64,000 nucleotides of DNA from a bacterium (GTDB lineage: Bacteria; JAHJDO01), in NCBI GenBank assembly GCA_043824255.1, contig JBDRTG010000047.1, forward strand, positions 160,001 to 224,000, in the 5' to 3' direction. The notes under the pieces were generated by a model. That model was not told the DNA's origin, ran no database searches, and saw only the letters and a program-made list of their open reading frames with translations. Positions 21,168 through 31,144 of this stretch are shown here, in pieces; positions within the stretch are counted from its first letter, which is position 1; each line of letters starts with the position of its first letter. The position numbers were made by a program, and so were the translations under genes.

Positions 21168-21874
21168 TTCTCTCCTCTAAACATTAACTTTAAGACTAAG
21201 AAAAACGATTCTATAGCAATGGCCTTTGACAGCTTTGATTTCCCGAACTGACGATCCACAAAAATAATGGGAACCTCTCCTATTCTATATCCATTTCTCT
21301 GACATTTAAACAATGTCTCTATTAAATATCCATATCCATGGGAATACAGATGTTCTACATCAATATGTTCAACAACTTTTCTCTTATAACATCTAAATCC
21401 TCCTGTGCAATCCCTGGCAGAAAGGCCTAACATTGTTCTAGCATATATATTCGCCCCTCTGCTCAGCAGTTTTCTACCTATGCCCCAATTCTGAGTCCCT
21501 CCATTTTCAATATATCTAGACCCGATAATTACGTCATGTTCTTCCATTTTAGTCAGCATTTTGGGTATATATTTGGGATCATGTGAAAAATCAGCATCCA
21601 TTGTTAATATATACTCTGCATCTGTATTTTTGAGCGCATATTTCAATCCGGCTCTATGAGCTGCAGCAAACCCGGCTCTATTCTCTCTATGCAGATGATA
21701 AACCTTATCTGGGAATTCAATGTGAAGTCTATCAACAATTTTGCCAGTACCGTCAGGAGAATTGTCATCTACTACTATCACGCCTATATCTACAGGTAGA
21801 TCTAATATTTGATATATAAGAGCGCCTATATTCTCTGCTTCGTTATATGTTGGGATTGATACTATAGCTTTCAT
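21164..21874 (-). CDS. polyprenol monophosphomannose synthase-like GT2
   Basis: IPTYNEAENI, VDDNSPDGTG, MDADFSHDP, IGSRY, DCTGGFRCY, EVPIIFVDR..G.SKL. Confidence 0.92.
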   Translation of the reverse strand: MKAIVSIPTYNEAENIGALIYQILDLPVDIGVIVVDDNSPDGTGKIVDRLHIEFPDKVYHLHRENRAGFAAAHRAGLKYALKNTDAEYILTMDADFSHDPKYIPKMLTKMEEHDVIIGSRYIENGGTQNWGIGRKLLSRGANIYARTMLGLSARDCTGGFRCYKRKVVEHIDVEHLYSHGYGYLIETLFKCQRNGYRIGEVPIIFVDRQFGKSKLSKAIAIESFFLVLKLMFRGEK

Positions 21875-21877
21875 AAT

Positions 21878-22969
21878 TTAGAACCATTCCAAAAATCTTC
21901 TCATTTTTGGTGATATTTTATTTGCCTGTTCCTGAGAAACCAGTTTGCTCCATATCAGTCTTCTAATCATAACACGTGGTCTTACAGTCTTCTCCCTTAT
22001 AAATTTTTTTACAGGGCTATATGTCTTCACATAATACTTAAGAGGTATTGGTGTTCCTCCATACTGTTTCTTCCAGTGAAAATGCGAGGAGTTTGGAGCA
22101 GTACTCCCAAAATCAAATTTGTCGATATCATTTTCAACACATGCGTCTTTTATCATTTCACTATAAAGCAGATTGTTCGGACAGTATCTCATATACTCGG
22201 GAATAGAAACATTATCAAAAAGATACCTGATATTCTGAAAATCAAAACAATAGGCACCCGCTATAAGCTTCTGTTTGTATACAGCAAGATATAATTTTAT
22301 ATGTTCACGAAATAGATTCAGTATTTTACAAAATATCTCTTTTTGTATAATTTTTGTTTTAAGTTTTTTTCTGTTTTCTATTAGAATAGAATAATATTTA
22401 TCTATCATATTCCAATTATTCTTAACTATACGCACGCCGCTCTTCTTCGCCTTCCTGGTCTGATTCCTCACTTTTGTATTAAACAACTTTCCCCAGACAT
22501 AATCGTAATCATGGGTATTCAACATAAATGTTTTTGGAGATTTTTCAACACTATATATGGGTTTATATCCAATAGAAGCGCAACATCTAATTAATTCAGT
22601 ATTATCTGTATGAGGATTCATTAGAATGTGAGCATAGGATACCTTCTCTTCTAAACATATCTCATCCATTCTCTTTGTTAACGCATTTACAACTTCAATG
22701 TTTGTGCCCAGTGATCCGCCATAAGCTCCACCGAGAGGCATTGAATGTACGCTGTCATTTAGAAACATGGATATCTTTACAAAGGGGAATATACCCACAA
22801 TATCCCTGTCAGAATTCTCGGCTAATACGAAAAACGTCTTGTGCCCTTGTGAGTCGTAAAATTTTCTCCATTCATAGTATTGGGAAAAGCTGCCATTGTT
22901 TTCGTCCACGAACCTATTCCAGAGATCTTTATCTTCAGGACCAGCCTCTCTAATACATATATTTGCCAT
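21878..22969 (-). CDS. FemAB-like / GNAT-fold transferase (copy 1)
   Basis: W..FV, SMPLGGAYGG, KVRNQTRKAKKSGV, PNNLLY, FDFGST, WKKQYG. Start set at ATG 22969. Confidence 0.8.
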   Translation of the reverse strand: MANICIREAGPEDKDLWNRFVDENNGSFSQYYEWRKFYDSQGHKTFFVLAENSDRDIVGIFPFVKISMFLNDSVHSMPLGGAYGGSLGTNIEVVNALTKRMDEICLEEKVSYAHILMNPHTDNTELIRCCASIGYKPIYSVEKSPKTFMLNTHDYDYVWGKLFNTKVRNQTRKAKKSGVRIVKNNWNMIDKYYSILIENRKKLKTKIIQKEIFCKILNLFREHIKLYLAVYKQKLIAGAYCFDFQNIRYLFDNVSIPEYMRYCPNNLLYSEMIKDACVENDIDKFDFGSTAPNSSHFHWKKQYGGTPIPLKYYVKTYSPVKKFIREKTVRPRVMIRRLIWSKLVSQEQANKISPKMRRFLEWF

Positions 22970-22971
22970 TT

Positions 22972-24066
22972 TCAAAACCATTCCAGAAATCTTCTCATTT
23001 TTGGTGATATTTTATTTGCCTGTTCCTGTGAAACCAGTTTACTCCATATCAGTCTTCTAATCATAACACGCGGTATTACAGTCTTTTCTCTTATAAGTTT
23101 CTTTACAGGGCTGTATATTTTCTCGTAGTATTGAAGAGGCACTGGAGTTCCCCCATACTGTTTTTTCCAGTGAAAATGCGAAGAATTCGGAGCTGTGCTT
23201 CCAAAATCAATTATGTCAATATCGGACTTTTTACAGCCATCTTTTATAATTTCATTGAACAGTAAGTTATTTGGACAATATTTCACATATTCTGGAAGAG
23301 ACACATTATTGAAGAGATATCTTATGTTCTGGAAGTCAAAAGAATATATCCCTGCTATAGGCTTGTCTTTGTATACGGCAATATATAAGCTTATATAATC
23401 TCGTAAGACGTTCAGTATCTTATAAAATATTTTTTCTTCCATAATCCTTGTTTTAAGCTTCTTGCTGCTCTCTATCAGGATGGAATAGTATTCATCCAGA
23501 AGATGCCAGTCATCCCTGATTATCTCTACTCCACTCTTTCTAGCTTTTCTAATCTGATTTCTTACTTTTCTATTAAATGATTTTTTCCAGACCGTGTTAT
23601 AGTCATTTGCGTCCAATACAAAAATACTAGGTAATTTATCGACAGTATATCTAGGCTTGTATCCTATAGACCTACAACGTTTAATTAGTTCAGTATTATC
23701 TTTATATGGGTTCACTAGAATGTGAGCATATACGGCCTTTTCCCTAATACATATTTCGTCCATTCTTTTCATTAACGCAGTTACGACTTCCGTGTTTTCG
23801 CTCAGCGGCCCGCCGGAAGCTCCTCCAAACGGCATTGAATGTATGCTGTTATTTATGAACATAGGTATCTTTACAAATGGAAATACTCCCTTTATGCTGT
23901 CTTTTTCATCATTTGCTATCAAATAAAAAGCCTTAAATCCTTGCTCCTCGTATACAAAACGCCACTTATAGCACTGATAAAAACTCCCTTTATTACTTTT
24001 TACAAACTCATCCCACCCGTTACTATCCTGGTCTGTCGCTTCCCTGATTTTAATTTGTTTATTCAT
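22972..24066 (-). CDS. FemAB-like / GNAT-fold transferase (copy 2)
   Basis: Paralog of the neighbouring gene: SMPFGGASGG, KVRNQIRKARKSGV, PNNLLF, IDFGST, WKKQYG. Start set at ATG 24066. Confidence 0.8.
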   Translation of the reverse strand: MNKQIKIREATDQDSNGWDEFVKSNKGSFYQCYKWRFVYEEQGFKAFYLIANDEKDSIKGVFPFVKIPMFINNSIHSMPFGGASGGPLSENTEVVTALMKRMDEICIREKAVYAHILVNPYKDNTELIKRCRSIGYKPRYTVDKLPSIFVLDANDYNTVWKKSFNRKVRNQIRKARKSGVEIIRDDWHLLDEYYSILIESSKKLKTRIMEEKIFYKILNVLRDYISLYIAVYKDKPIAGIYSFDFQNIRYLFNNVSLPEYVKYCPNNLLFNEIIKDGCKKSDIDIIDFGSTAPNSSHFHWKKQYGGTPVPLQYYEKIYSPVKKLIREKTVIPRVMIRRLIWSKLVSQEQANKISPKMRRFLEWF

Positions 24067-24790
24067 TTGCACCAATCAATTTCTTATGAGCCAAAACCTT
24101 ATTGCATACAATCCAATGTCTTTTATGTAACATGATAGTCCATTTAAAATTTCTCAAATATTTACCAGCTATTGCAATCGGGCCAGATCTCTCGCGCTGT
24201 ACTATTTTAAGATTGCAACTTTTAAGCAATTTTCTCAATCTGCCATATGTAAACTCATCATTTATTGGCTGTTGAAACCTTCTATATTTTGGTTTCCATG
24301 GAAATATAATATTTTTTACTTGCATCATAATCAGCCACAAAACGTTGTCAGTAGTCAGCAAGAGCCTTCCATTATCCTTCAAAATTCTATACACTTCATT
24401 TAATGCCTTTTCTTGGTCAATCACATGTTCAATTACTAAACTCATTACAACTAAATCAAATGTTTTGTCTGGATACGGCATAGAATCTACATTTCCTATA
24501 TCGGCATTTATTCCCAGCTTCTTACAGTAATCTACCGCCTTTTTGGATATGTCTATACCATATAAATCGATATTTTTATTTTGCCTTTTAAATTCTAAAA
24601 GCAGATCTCCATATCCACACCCTATATCCAATATCCTGCCAGATACACTCCTTAAGTTCTTAACTGTATTTCTGTAATATTCATTGGAACTTCCATGTTG
24701 CTGCAAGTTATCATATTCTACAGCTACTTGTTTTTGATCCATTCTCCTTCTATTAATCTTTTTAAAGCTCCGGAATGAAAATATATTCAC
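24059..24790 (-). CDS. class I SAM-dependent methyltransferase
   Basis: ILDIGCGYG, YGIDIS, MPYPDKTFDLV, VIEHV, RILKDNG. Confidence 0.9.
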   Translation of the reverse strand: MNIFSFRSFKKINRRRMDQKQVAVEYDNLQQHGSSNEYYRNTVKNLRSVSGRILDIGCGYGDLLLEFKRQNKNIDLYGIDISKKAVDYCKKLGINADIGNVDSMPYPDKTFDLVVMSLVIEHVIDQEKALNEVYRILKDNGRLLLTTDNVLWLIMMQVKNIIFPWKPKYRRFQQPINDEFTYGRLRKLLKSCNLKIVQRERSGPIAIAGKYLRNFKWTIMLHKRHWIVCNKVLAHKKLIGANE

Positions 24791-24796
24791 AAAACT

Positions 24797-25696
24797 TTAG
24801 ACCTTCCACTCCTCTCTTGCGAGTGTGTTCATTTCGCTGAGGTTTGTCCACTTAATATAATCTAATTTTGTAAGCACTTTTATACTTGCCCAGAATTCCC
24901 GCCTGAACTCCAGAAGCTCTGTCTCGTGAGAAGGGAAAACAAGAAAAAGTTCTTTATCCGCTCTAAAATCTATGACATTCTTTAGCTTATTCAATGTTAA
25001 TCTTGGATGGTCAATGGGATAAAAAACACTTTGAATCTCTATTATTTTTTTTGATGGAGAGAGGATAAAAGGTTCCCCTCTTTGAGGAATCTTATTATCC
25101 TCAATGAATTTTTCCCCAAATGTATTTGTATGATTTCTGCGTATGGAGCAATCAATTCTTATTTCAAAACTTTCCAGTTGTTCTATTATATCGTCAGTAA
25201 GAAACCACCATCCTGCGACATACGTGATTGGAGATATTCTCTCTTTTTGAAGCCAGGATATTTCTTTCTTCATTTGCTCTTTAATAAGTTGGAAATTATA
25301 GTTTAAATGATTTATTGGCACCAGAGTGTGTTTATTTGATAACGAGGTAAAAAAGTGCCCATGATAGCCGATTTCCGCAAACTCAGACACGCTTTTTACT
25401 CGCTTTGTATACTCTTGAGTAGTGATACCGAACTCATCTAGTTGGAGTTCCGTCTTCAGACAGTATGGAGTTGTAATACATAAGGTTGGCTTTGCATGTG
25501 TATAATCAAGAAACTTCTTGCAGAAATCTATGAGTTTATCAAATATCCTTTTATTCGCTATTGCTTCAGTGTGAAAGACAAAATTTATGTTTATCGGCTT
25601 CTTCCTCTGAATCTCAGGGAAAGAAGAGAACGTCCATAGCAATGCATTCAATACATATAAAATATTCTTCTTTATTCTATGTCTAGTTTTCATCAT
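24797..25696 (-). CDS. polysaccharide deacetylase-like protein
   Basis: FHTE, EIGYHGH, YVAGWW, IDCS and a C-terminal HE resemble divergent CE4/NodB barrels. Confidence 0.5.
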   Translation of the reverse strand: MMKTRHRIKKNILYVLNALLWTFSSFPEIQRKKPININFVFHTEAIANKRIFDKLIDFCKKFLDYTHAKPTLCITTPYCLKTELQLDEFGITTQEYTKRVKSVSEFAEIGYHGHFFTSLSNKHTLVPINHLNYNFQLIKEQMKKEISWLQKERISPITYVAGWWFLTDDIIEQLESFEIRIDCSIRRNHTNTFGEKFIEDNKIPQRGEPFILSPSKKIIEIQSVFYPIDHPRLTLNKLKNVIDFRADKELFLVFPSHETELLEFRREFWASIKVLTKLDYIKWTNLSEMNTLAREEWKV

Positions 25697-28343
25697 TGAG
25701 TACCTTTATTATTCTTTTTGCTCTCATATCCCAGCTGTACTGCTTAACATCTTCATAAGCTTTTTGCGATAACTTGTTTGCAATCTCTTGATTATCAAGC
25801 AGTTCTTTAATTCCTCGCGCTAGATCTTTTGAGTCCCCCGGCTTAGCCAGCACAGCATTTTTATGGTCTATGAGTACCTCTCTTATTGTTGGGAGATCAG
25901 ATGCAACTATTGGTAATCCTGCTGCCATATACTCAAACATTTTCAGAGGAGACGTAAAGTATCTACTCATTACATTATCAGTCAATGGAATAACTCCAAC
26001 ATCTGCAGTCATTAAATATTGCCTTATGTGTTTATGAGAAACGAAGCCTTTAAATTGCACTCTGTTCTTTATTCCAATCTCTTCTGCAAGCTTCTTCAAT
26101 CTGAATATATCCTTTTCGTAAGAAAGCCCACCAACAATTGTCAGCGTAGCATCGGGTATTTCCCTTAATGCCTTTATCAGAATGTCAACTCCCTTCCATG
26201 GATATAATTGTCCAACATAGACTATATTTCTGCTACTTGGTCTCTTAGAAAAACCCCTCTCTGAAACATCGGGAATTAACGCTCCATCAGGTATTGTGGC
26301 AATTTTTCTAGAAATGCCAAGGTATTTCTGTATAGCATCCTTTAAACTCTCAGAAATTGCTATTAGTTTGTCTGCACTTATTAGAACTTCTCTTTCTCTT
26401 TTTGAGATTTTTCTCAATCTGTTCGCGTTAGGAGCAGTTCCATCAAATAGCAATTCCCCCCTTTCTTTTTGTTCCATGGACTGTATCGTATGCGCTTCAT
26501 ATAATAATTCGTATCTTAATAAATTTTTAAGTCTCAACAGATACCTTGCTATACCAATCTCACGCAAGTATATCTTTTTAACATTCTTAAATACTGAGAG
26601 ATAAAATATGGTTAAAAAACACAGGAAATAGAATGAGTAATTCCAAATAAGATGTACATGGATATTCAAAACGGGCAATCTGATTATATGTAAATTAGTG
26701 TGAGGCTTTAATCCATAAAATTCCAGGCACTCTTCAGTGGTTCTATTGTCCATTTTCCTTACTAACAAATATACTTTTACGCCTTTACTTGCCAGAGCAT
26801 AGCATGTATGCACTATTTGAATAGCATTTGCCCGCTCCATTGGAAACCTGATATTTGCCGGATAGATCAAGCATCCTTTGGATGCAATTTTTAATTTTGA
26901 ATTTTTAATTTTGAATTTCTTTATAAGCCACACAAGAAAAGCAGATACGAGTTTCATATCTTTTTTGATTTCCACAAACTTCCTGTATTTTTTAAATCTG
27001 CTAAGCATTCTTATAAAAGTAAATCGTTGTTTTCTTGAAACTTCAAAATTGAGTTCTCTCAATTCTTTAAAGCCCATCTGAGGCTGGATTAATGTAGGCA
27101 GCCTGGGATCTCTTCCTATGGTCGGATTCTGATATTCATAGAAGGATTCCGACCATGAAAAGTCATCTGGCAAATAACCGTTTTGCCTAGCAAAACGTTC
27201 CACTTCTGTTCCTGGATGAATACTCGTTCCGCCAGAAATCGCAATAATATCTACTATTCCTTCATATTTTTTGATAAGTTCAACAGTCTTTTTAGCCTCT
27301 TCATAAGTCTCCTCGGGTAATCCAAACATAAAAAATGCCTTGGTATGTATGCCAAACTCTCTAGTCCATTTAGCAACGCTGTCAAGCTGTGAAAGGTTTA
27401 TTCTTTTATTTATTCTGTCCAGCACCTTCTGGCTTCCGGATTCTACTCCAAAGGAAACATGTATACAGCCTGCTTCTCTCATATTTCTTAACAACTCCCT
27501 ATCTACTGTGTCCAATCTAATCTCACAGTACCATGTAATATCAAGCCTCCTTCTATTGAATTCTCTGATTAATCCATCTATATGTTTTCTATTTAAAGTC
27601 AGTGTATCATCAAAAAACCATATTGCCTTTATTCCATATTCTCCTTTTAGGTATTCTATTTCATCAACAACGTTTTCCGTCGTTCTGTATCTGTATTTAT
27701 TTCCCCACATAGCTCCTGCTGAGCAAAAAACGCACTTCATAGGGCAACCTCTAGCACTCATAACTGTAATCGCCGGAACGCCAAACAAACTGTTATCATA
27801 CTTCTTCATGTCAATAAGATGTCTCGCAGGCCAAGGCAGAGTATCCATGTTCTCAATTAATGGCCGATCGCCGTTGTGAAATATCTTTCCTTCTTTCCTG
27901 TACGAAATACCTGTTATATTTTCAAAACCAGTTTTTGCCTCTATTGCGCGAACAAGTTCCAGAAAAGTTACTTCCCCTTCCCCTCTAACTATAACATCTA
28001 TGGAAGAGATATTTTTTAATGTATCTTCTGCTGTAAAAGTTGCATGTGTCCCTCCATAGACCACTGTTGATGTCGGCAGAATTTTCTTTGCAATGTTTGC
28101 AGTCTCAAAACTATCAAACCTGTTCCATGTAGTGCCTGTAATGCCTACAATCTCCGGTTTTAAATCTATCAACTTCTTCTGTAATGCTCTCACTGAAAGA
28201 TTATCTAATTGACCATCAATAATCTTTACACCATAGCCATTTTCTTCTAAAACTCCTGCAATCATGGCTAATGCCAATGGGCACATTGAGGGCTTATACC
28301 CATGAAACTTTATTTCTGGTGGATTGATAAGGACTATATCCAT
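25683..28343 (-). CDS. fusion of a B12-binding radical SAM domain and a GT4 glycosyltransferase
   Basis: N-terminal half: IVLINPP, RGCPMKCVFC, FFDDT, GVESGS. C-terminal half: YVGQLYPWKG, SPLKMFEYMAAG.PIVASD, YSW..RA. Start set at ATG 28343 (track 28391). Confidence 0.88.
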   Translation of the reverse strand: MDIVLINPPEIKFHGYKPSMCPLALAMIAGVLEENGYGVKIIDGQLDNLSVRALQKKLIDLKPEIVGITGTTWNRFDSFETANIAKKILPTSTVVYGGTHATFTAEDTLKNISSIDVIVRGEGEVTFLELVRAIEAKTGFENITGISYRKEGKIFHNGDRPLIENMDTLPWPARHLIDMKKYDNSLFGVPAITVMSARGCPMKCVFCSAGAMWGNKYRYRTTENVVDEIEYLKGEYGIKAIWFFDDTLTLNRKHIDGLIREFNRRRLDITWYCEIRLDTVDRELLRNMREAGCIHVSFGVESGSQKVLDRINKRINLSQLDSVAKWTREFGIHTKAFFMFGLPEETYEEAKKTVELIKKYEGIVDIIAISGGTSIHPGTEVERFARQNGYLPDDFSWSESFYEYQNPTIGRDPRLPTLIQPQMGFKELRELNFEVSRKQRFTFIRMLSRFKKYRKFVEIKKDMKLVSAFLVWLIKKFKIKNSKLKIASKGCLIYPANIRFPMERANAIQIVHTCYALASKGVKVYLLVRKMDNRTTEECLEFYGLKPHTNLHIIRLPVLNIHVHLIWNYSFYFLCFLTIFYLSVFKNVKKIYLREIGIARYLLRLKNLLRYELLYEAHTIQSMEQKERGELLFDGTAPNANRLRKISKREREVLISADKLIAISESLKDAIQKYLGISRKIATIPDGALIPDVSERGFSKRPSSRNIVYVGQLYPWKGVDILIKALREIPDATLTIVGGLSYEKDIFRLKKLAEEIGIKNRVQFKGFVSHKHIRQYLMTADVGVIPLTDNVMSRYFTSPLKMFEYMAAGLPIVASDLPTIREVLIDHKNAVLAKPGDSKDLARGIKELLDNQEIANKLSQKAYEDVKQYSWDMRAKRIIKVLNDEN
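26884..26918 (-). repeat. 5 x 7-nt tandem repeat at the domain junction
   Basis: Coding strand AAATTCA AAATTAA AAATTCA AAATTAA AAATTGC = KFKIKNSKLKIA. Confidence 0.8.
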
Positions 28344-28353
28344 AAATCTAAAC

Positions 28354-29661
28354 CTATATAAAAATAGTTCTCTTAAGCATTGATAACTCAATTAAAATTA
28401 TCACAACATACATTATCACGTAAGTAGTCGCCATACCAATGAGTCCCAGCCATGGAACCAGCAGAAATGATGCAAGAACAAGTGTAAACGCACCACTCAT
28501 GTTGCCAATTGTAGATATATATGGCTTTCCTACAGATAAAATTGTAGACCTCATCCAGCAGAATACATTGGACAGTATAATGGCAAATATCATTACTCGT
28601 ATTGCTGGCATTGAATTGAGATATACCGGTTTCCATATTCTAAAGATATATGGTCCTGCAATAACCATAATGACCGCCCCAGCGCAGGATACAAAGATCA
28701 TTACACTGCTTATTTTTCGTAATATTTTTTTATAGAGTGAAATATTTTTCTCTGCCCATAGAGAGGTTAAAGTTGGGTAAATAACTGTGCCAACAGGACC
28801 TGTCACAAATCCGAGTGTGTTGACATACGCAAGAGCTATTTTGTAATAGGCAACTATTTCCGGTGACTTAAAAAATCCTAACAGTACTACATCCATTTCT
28901 CTGATAACAGATTTAAAAGTAACAGAAATTGTTGTGTGAAAGGTAAACGGCAGAATTTTTTTCATCTCTGGAAGAATATTTGATGCCCTGATTCCCTTGA
29001 ATTGTGTCTTTATAAGCTTCAATACAACAACTGATAAACAAACTGTAGGTATAAAAGCTGCCAGAACATAACCAAACATTATATATTCTAAACCGAGCCC
29101 GACAAGACTGACAGGAAAAACGAACCTTGCAAATGCGCTTAATGCGTTGAATACACTCATTATCTTAAATTTTTTAAATGTTTGAATTATTGCAAGAGAG
29201 GTACCATTCACTGTTGAGAGAAGAGGAGACAAAGCATATATTTTTATTAGTCTTGAGGACACATGACCGTGAAATACCTTTTGCGCTACAATATCTCCAA
29301 TCAACATGATAATACAAAAACACAATATTCCTAAAAGCGTATCTACCAAATATCCTATTCTAATGATACTTAGAGCTTTATTCTTCTGGTTTTTTACGAG
29401 GTAATCTGTTGCAAACTTGGTAACTGCTTCCCCAATTCTAACATCAATAAGTTCACTTATTACAAGAACCACTGCCATTGCTTCAAACAACTGGCCATAC
29501 TCATTGGGAGATAACATCTTGCCAAGAATAAGAACTATCAATAGTCTGAAGATTTTTGTTGCAATATCACCTCCAAACATAAAACCAGTATTTTTGATCA
29601 ATGTTCTCTTAAGCTGATTCTGTCCTATGAATTTCAAAATGAATTTCTTCAGGTATTCCAT
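28354..29661 (-). CDS. wzx: oligosaccharide flippase (Wzx/MOP family)
   Basis: IKNT, LSPNEYG, DVVLLG, VAYYKIA, YPTLT, LVPWLGLIGMA; many TM segments. Confidence 0.85.
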   Translation of the reverse strand: MEYLKKFILKFIGQNQLKRTLIKNTGFMFGGDIATKIFRLLIVLILGKMLSPNEYGQLFEAMAVVLVISELIDVRIGEAVTKFATDYLVKNQKNKALSIIRIGYLVDTLLGILCFCIIMLIGDIVAQKVFHGHVSSRLIKIYALSPLLSTVNGTSLAIIQTFKKFKIMSVFNALSAFARFVFPVSLVGLGLEYIMFGYVLAAFIPTVCLSVVVLKLIKTQFKGIRASNILPEMKKILPFTFHTTISVTFKSVIREMDVVLLGFFKSPEIVAYYKIALAYVNTLGFVTGPVGTVIYPTLTSLWAEKNISLYKKILRKISSVMIFVSCAGAVIMVIAGPYIFRIWKPVYLNSMPAIRVMIFAIILSNVFCWMRSTILSVGKPYISTIGNMSGAFTLVLASFLLVPWLGLIGMATTYVIMYVVIILIELSMLKRTIFI

Positions 29662-29701
29662 ATCATTGCATTATAGCAGAAAAGAATTAAATTTCCATAA
29701 T

Positions 29702-29730
29702 TTGACAGCCAAATTAAGCGATGTTATATT
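29702..29730 (+). promoter_or_regulatory. putative sigma70 promoter
   Basis: TTGACA-17-TATATT with an extended TG, upstream of ATG 29754. Confidence 0.55.
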
Positions 29731-29753
29731 GACAAATATCTATCCGGGTATTT

Positions 29754-31142
29754 ATGAATGTTATAAAAGTCTACAAGATTGAACTTTTAATTTTTATTGT
29801 TCTTGTTATATCCTATGGCTACTTCTTCAGGAAAATTGACTGGAATAGTGGAACCAGGCTGGATCTGGTCTGGTCAATAGTTGAGCACCACTCACTTAGC
29901 ATTGATGCATATCACGAAAACACAGGGGATAAGGCATTATATAGGGGCCATTTTTATACGGATAAAGCTCCTGGCATTTCATTTCTTGGCGTGCCATTTT
30001 ATTTTGCAGTATCAAAGATCTTGAAATTTTGTAATTTCCCTTCAGCTCTAGCTGACTATATATTAAAAATCTATATTCCAATTTTTTTTGTAGTTATAAT
30101 CCCGTCAGCAATAATGGGAGTGATTTTTCACAGAGCAATCAACCTCTTCGTCAACAATACCGGTTTATGTGCTCTTGGAGCTATAAGCTATAGCCTCGGT
30201 ACTATTGCTTTTTTTTACTCAAACATGTTTTACGCACATCATGTTGCAGGTTTCCTTTTTTTTACAGCATTTTATATTTTAATTAAGAGTGCAAATATCA
30301 AAGAAATTAATAAATCTGAAGTTTTCTTGAGCGGCTCTTTATTAGGGCTAGCTATTTTGTGCGAATATCCTATGGGGGTTTTTGCTATATTTATTTTTGC
30401 TTATCTATTTATGGTTACCAAATCAATTAAAAAACTCATGTACCTAGCTCTTCCTGTATGTTTAGCCATTATAATACTGGGTATATATCACTATGCCTGC
30501 TTTGATAATCCTTTAAAAACAGGTTACAGCTATGAATACCTTCATTATTTCGCAAAACACCATGCTCAGGGAATTAGCGGCATCAAGCTTCCTAATTTGA
30601 ATAGAATTGTTAAGTTAACGTTCGGGCCAAAAAGGGGAATATTTATGACGTATCCTTTTCTACTGTTTGCTTTTCCAGGAGCTTATTTTGGGTTAAAAAG
30701 CAAAAAGAATAGAGAATTTCTCTTTTTTATTATTATTTCAGCAGCTGTGATATTATTCTATTCTTCATTTAAATTCTTTGCAGAGCGCTTTTTAATAACA
30801 GCCATTCCGTTTCTGTGTATTCTGGCGATATACGGAGTAGCAAAGCTAAAATCAAAAATATTAACATTAATTTTTACTACTCTGGTAGGGATATCTAGTA
30901 TTTTAATGCTATTTGCAACAGGAACAGATGTTTTTACACACCAGAAAGATACTATGTTTTATCATAATATATTTCATTGTTTATCGGACTCCAGTATATG
31001 TGTTTTTTTTGAAGCTAATTTATTCTCAATATTATTTAAAAAGACAGGGATGTTTGAATTTATACCCATTTTAACTATCTGGGTTACAGGTATAATAGTT
31101 TTTTGTAAAATCAACAGACAGACAAAAAAGCGGATAACATAG
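29754..31142 (+). CDS. multi-pass membrane protein, GT-C-like
   Basis: NSGTRLDL, GHFYTDKAPG, YSNMFYAH, CEYP, FDNPL.TGY, RGIF..YP; many TM segments. Confidence 0.65.
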   Translation: MNVIKVYKIELLIFIVLVISYGYFFRKIDWNSGTRLDLVWSIVEHHSLSIDAYHENTGDKALYRGHFYTDKAPGISFLGVPFYFAVSKILKFCNFPSALADYILKIYIPIFFVVIIPSAIMGVIFHRAINLFVNNTGLCALGAISYSLGTIAFFYSNMFYAHHVAGFLFFTAFYILIKSANIKEINKSEVFLSGSLLGLAILCEYPMGVFAIFIFAYLFMVTKSIKKLMYLALPVCLAIIILGIYHYACFDNPLKTGYSYEYLHYFAKHHAQGISGIKLPNLNRIVKLTFGPKRGIFMTYPFLLFAFPGAYFGLKSKKNREFLFFIIISAAVILFYSSFKFFAERFLITAIPFLCILAIYGVAKLKSKILTLIFTTLVGISSILMLFATGTDVFTHQKDTMFYHNIFHCLSDSSICVFFEANLFSILFKKTGMFEFIPILTIWVTGIIVFCKINRQTKKRIT

Positions 31143-31144
31143 TT

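Noticed and set aside
27340..27879. Long antisense ORFs (this one, and likewise 5290-5838, 13683-14126 and 15343-15897)
   Set aside because: Shadows of well-supported genes on the opposite strand.
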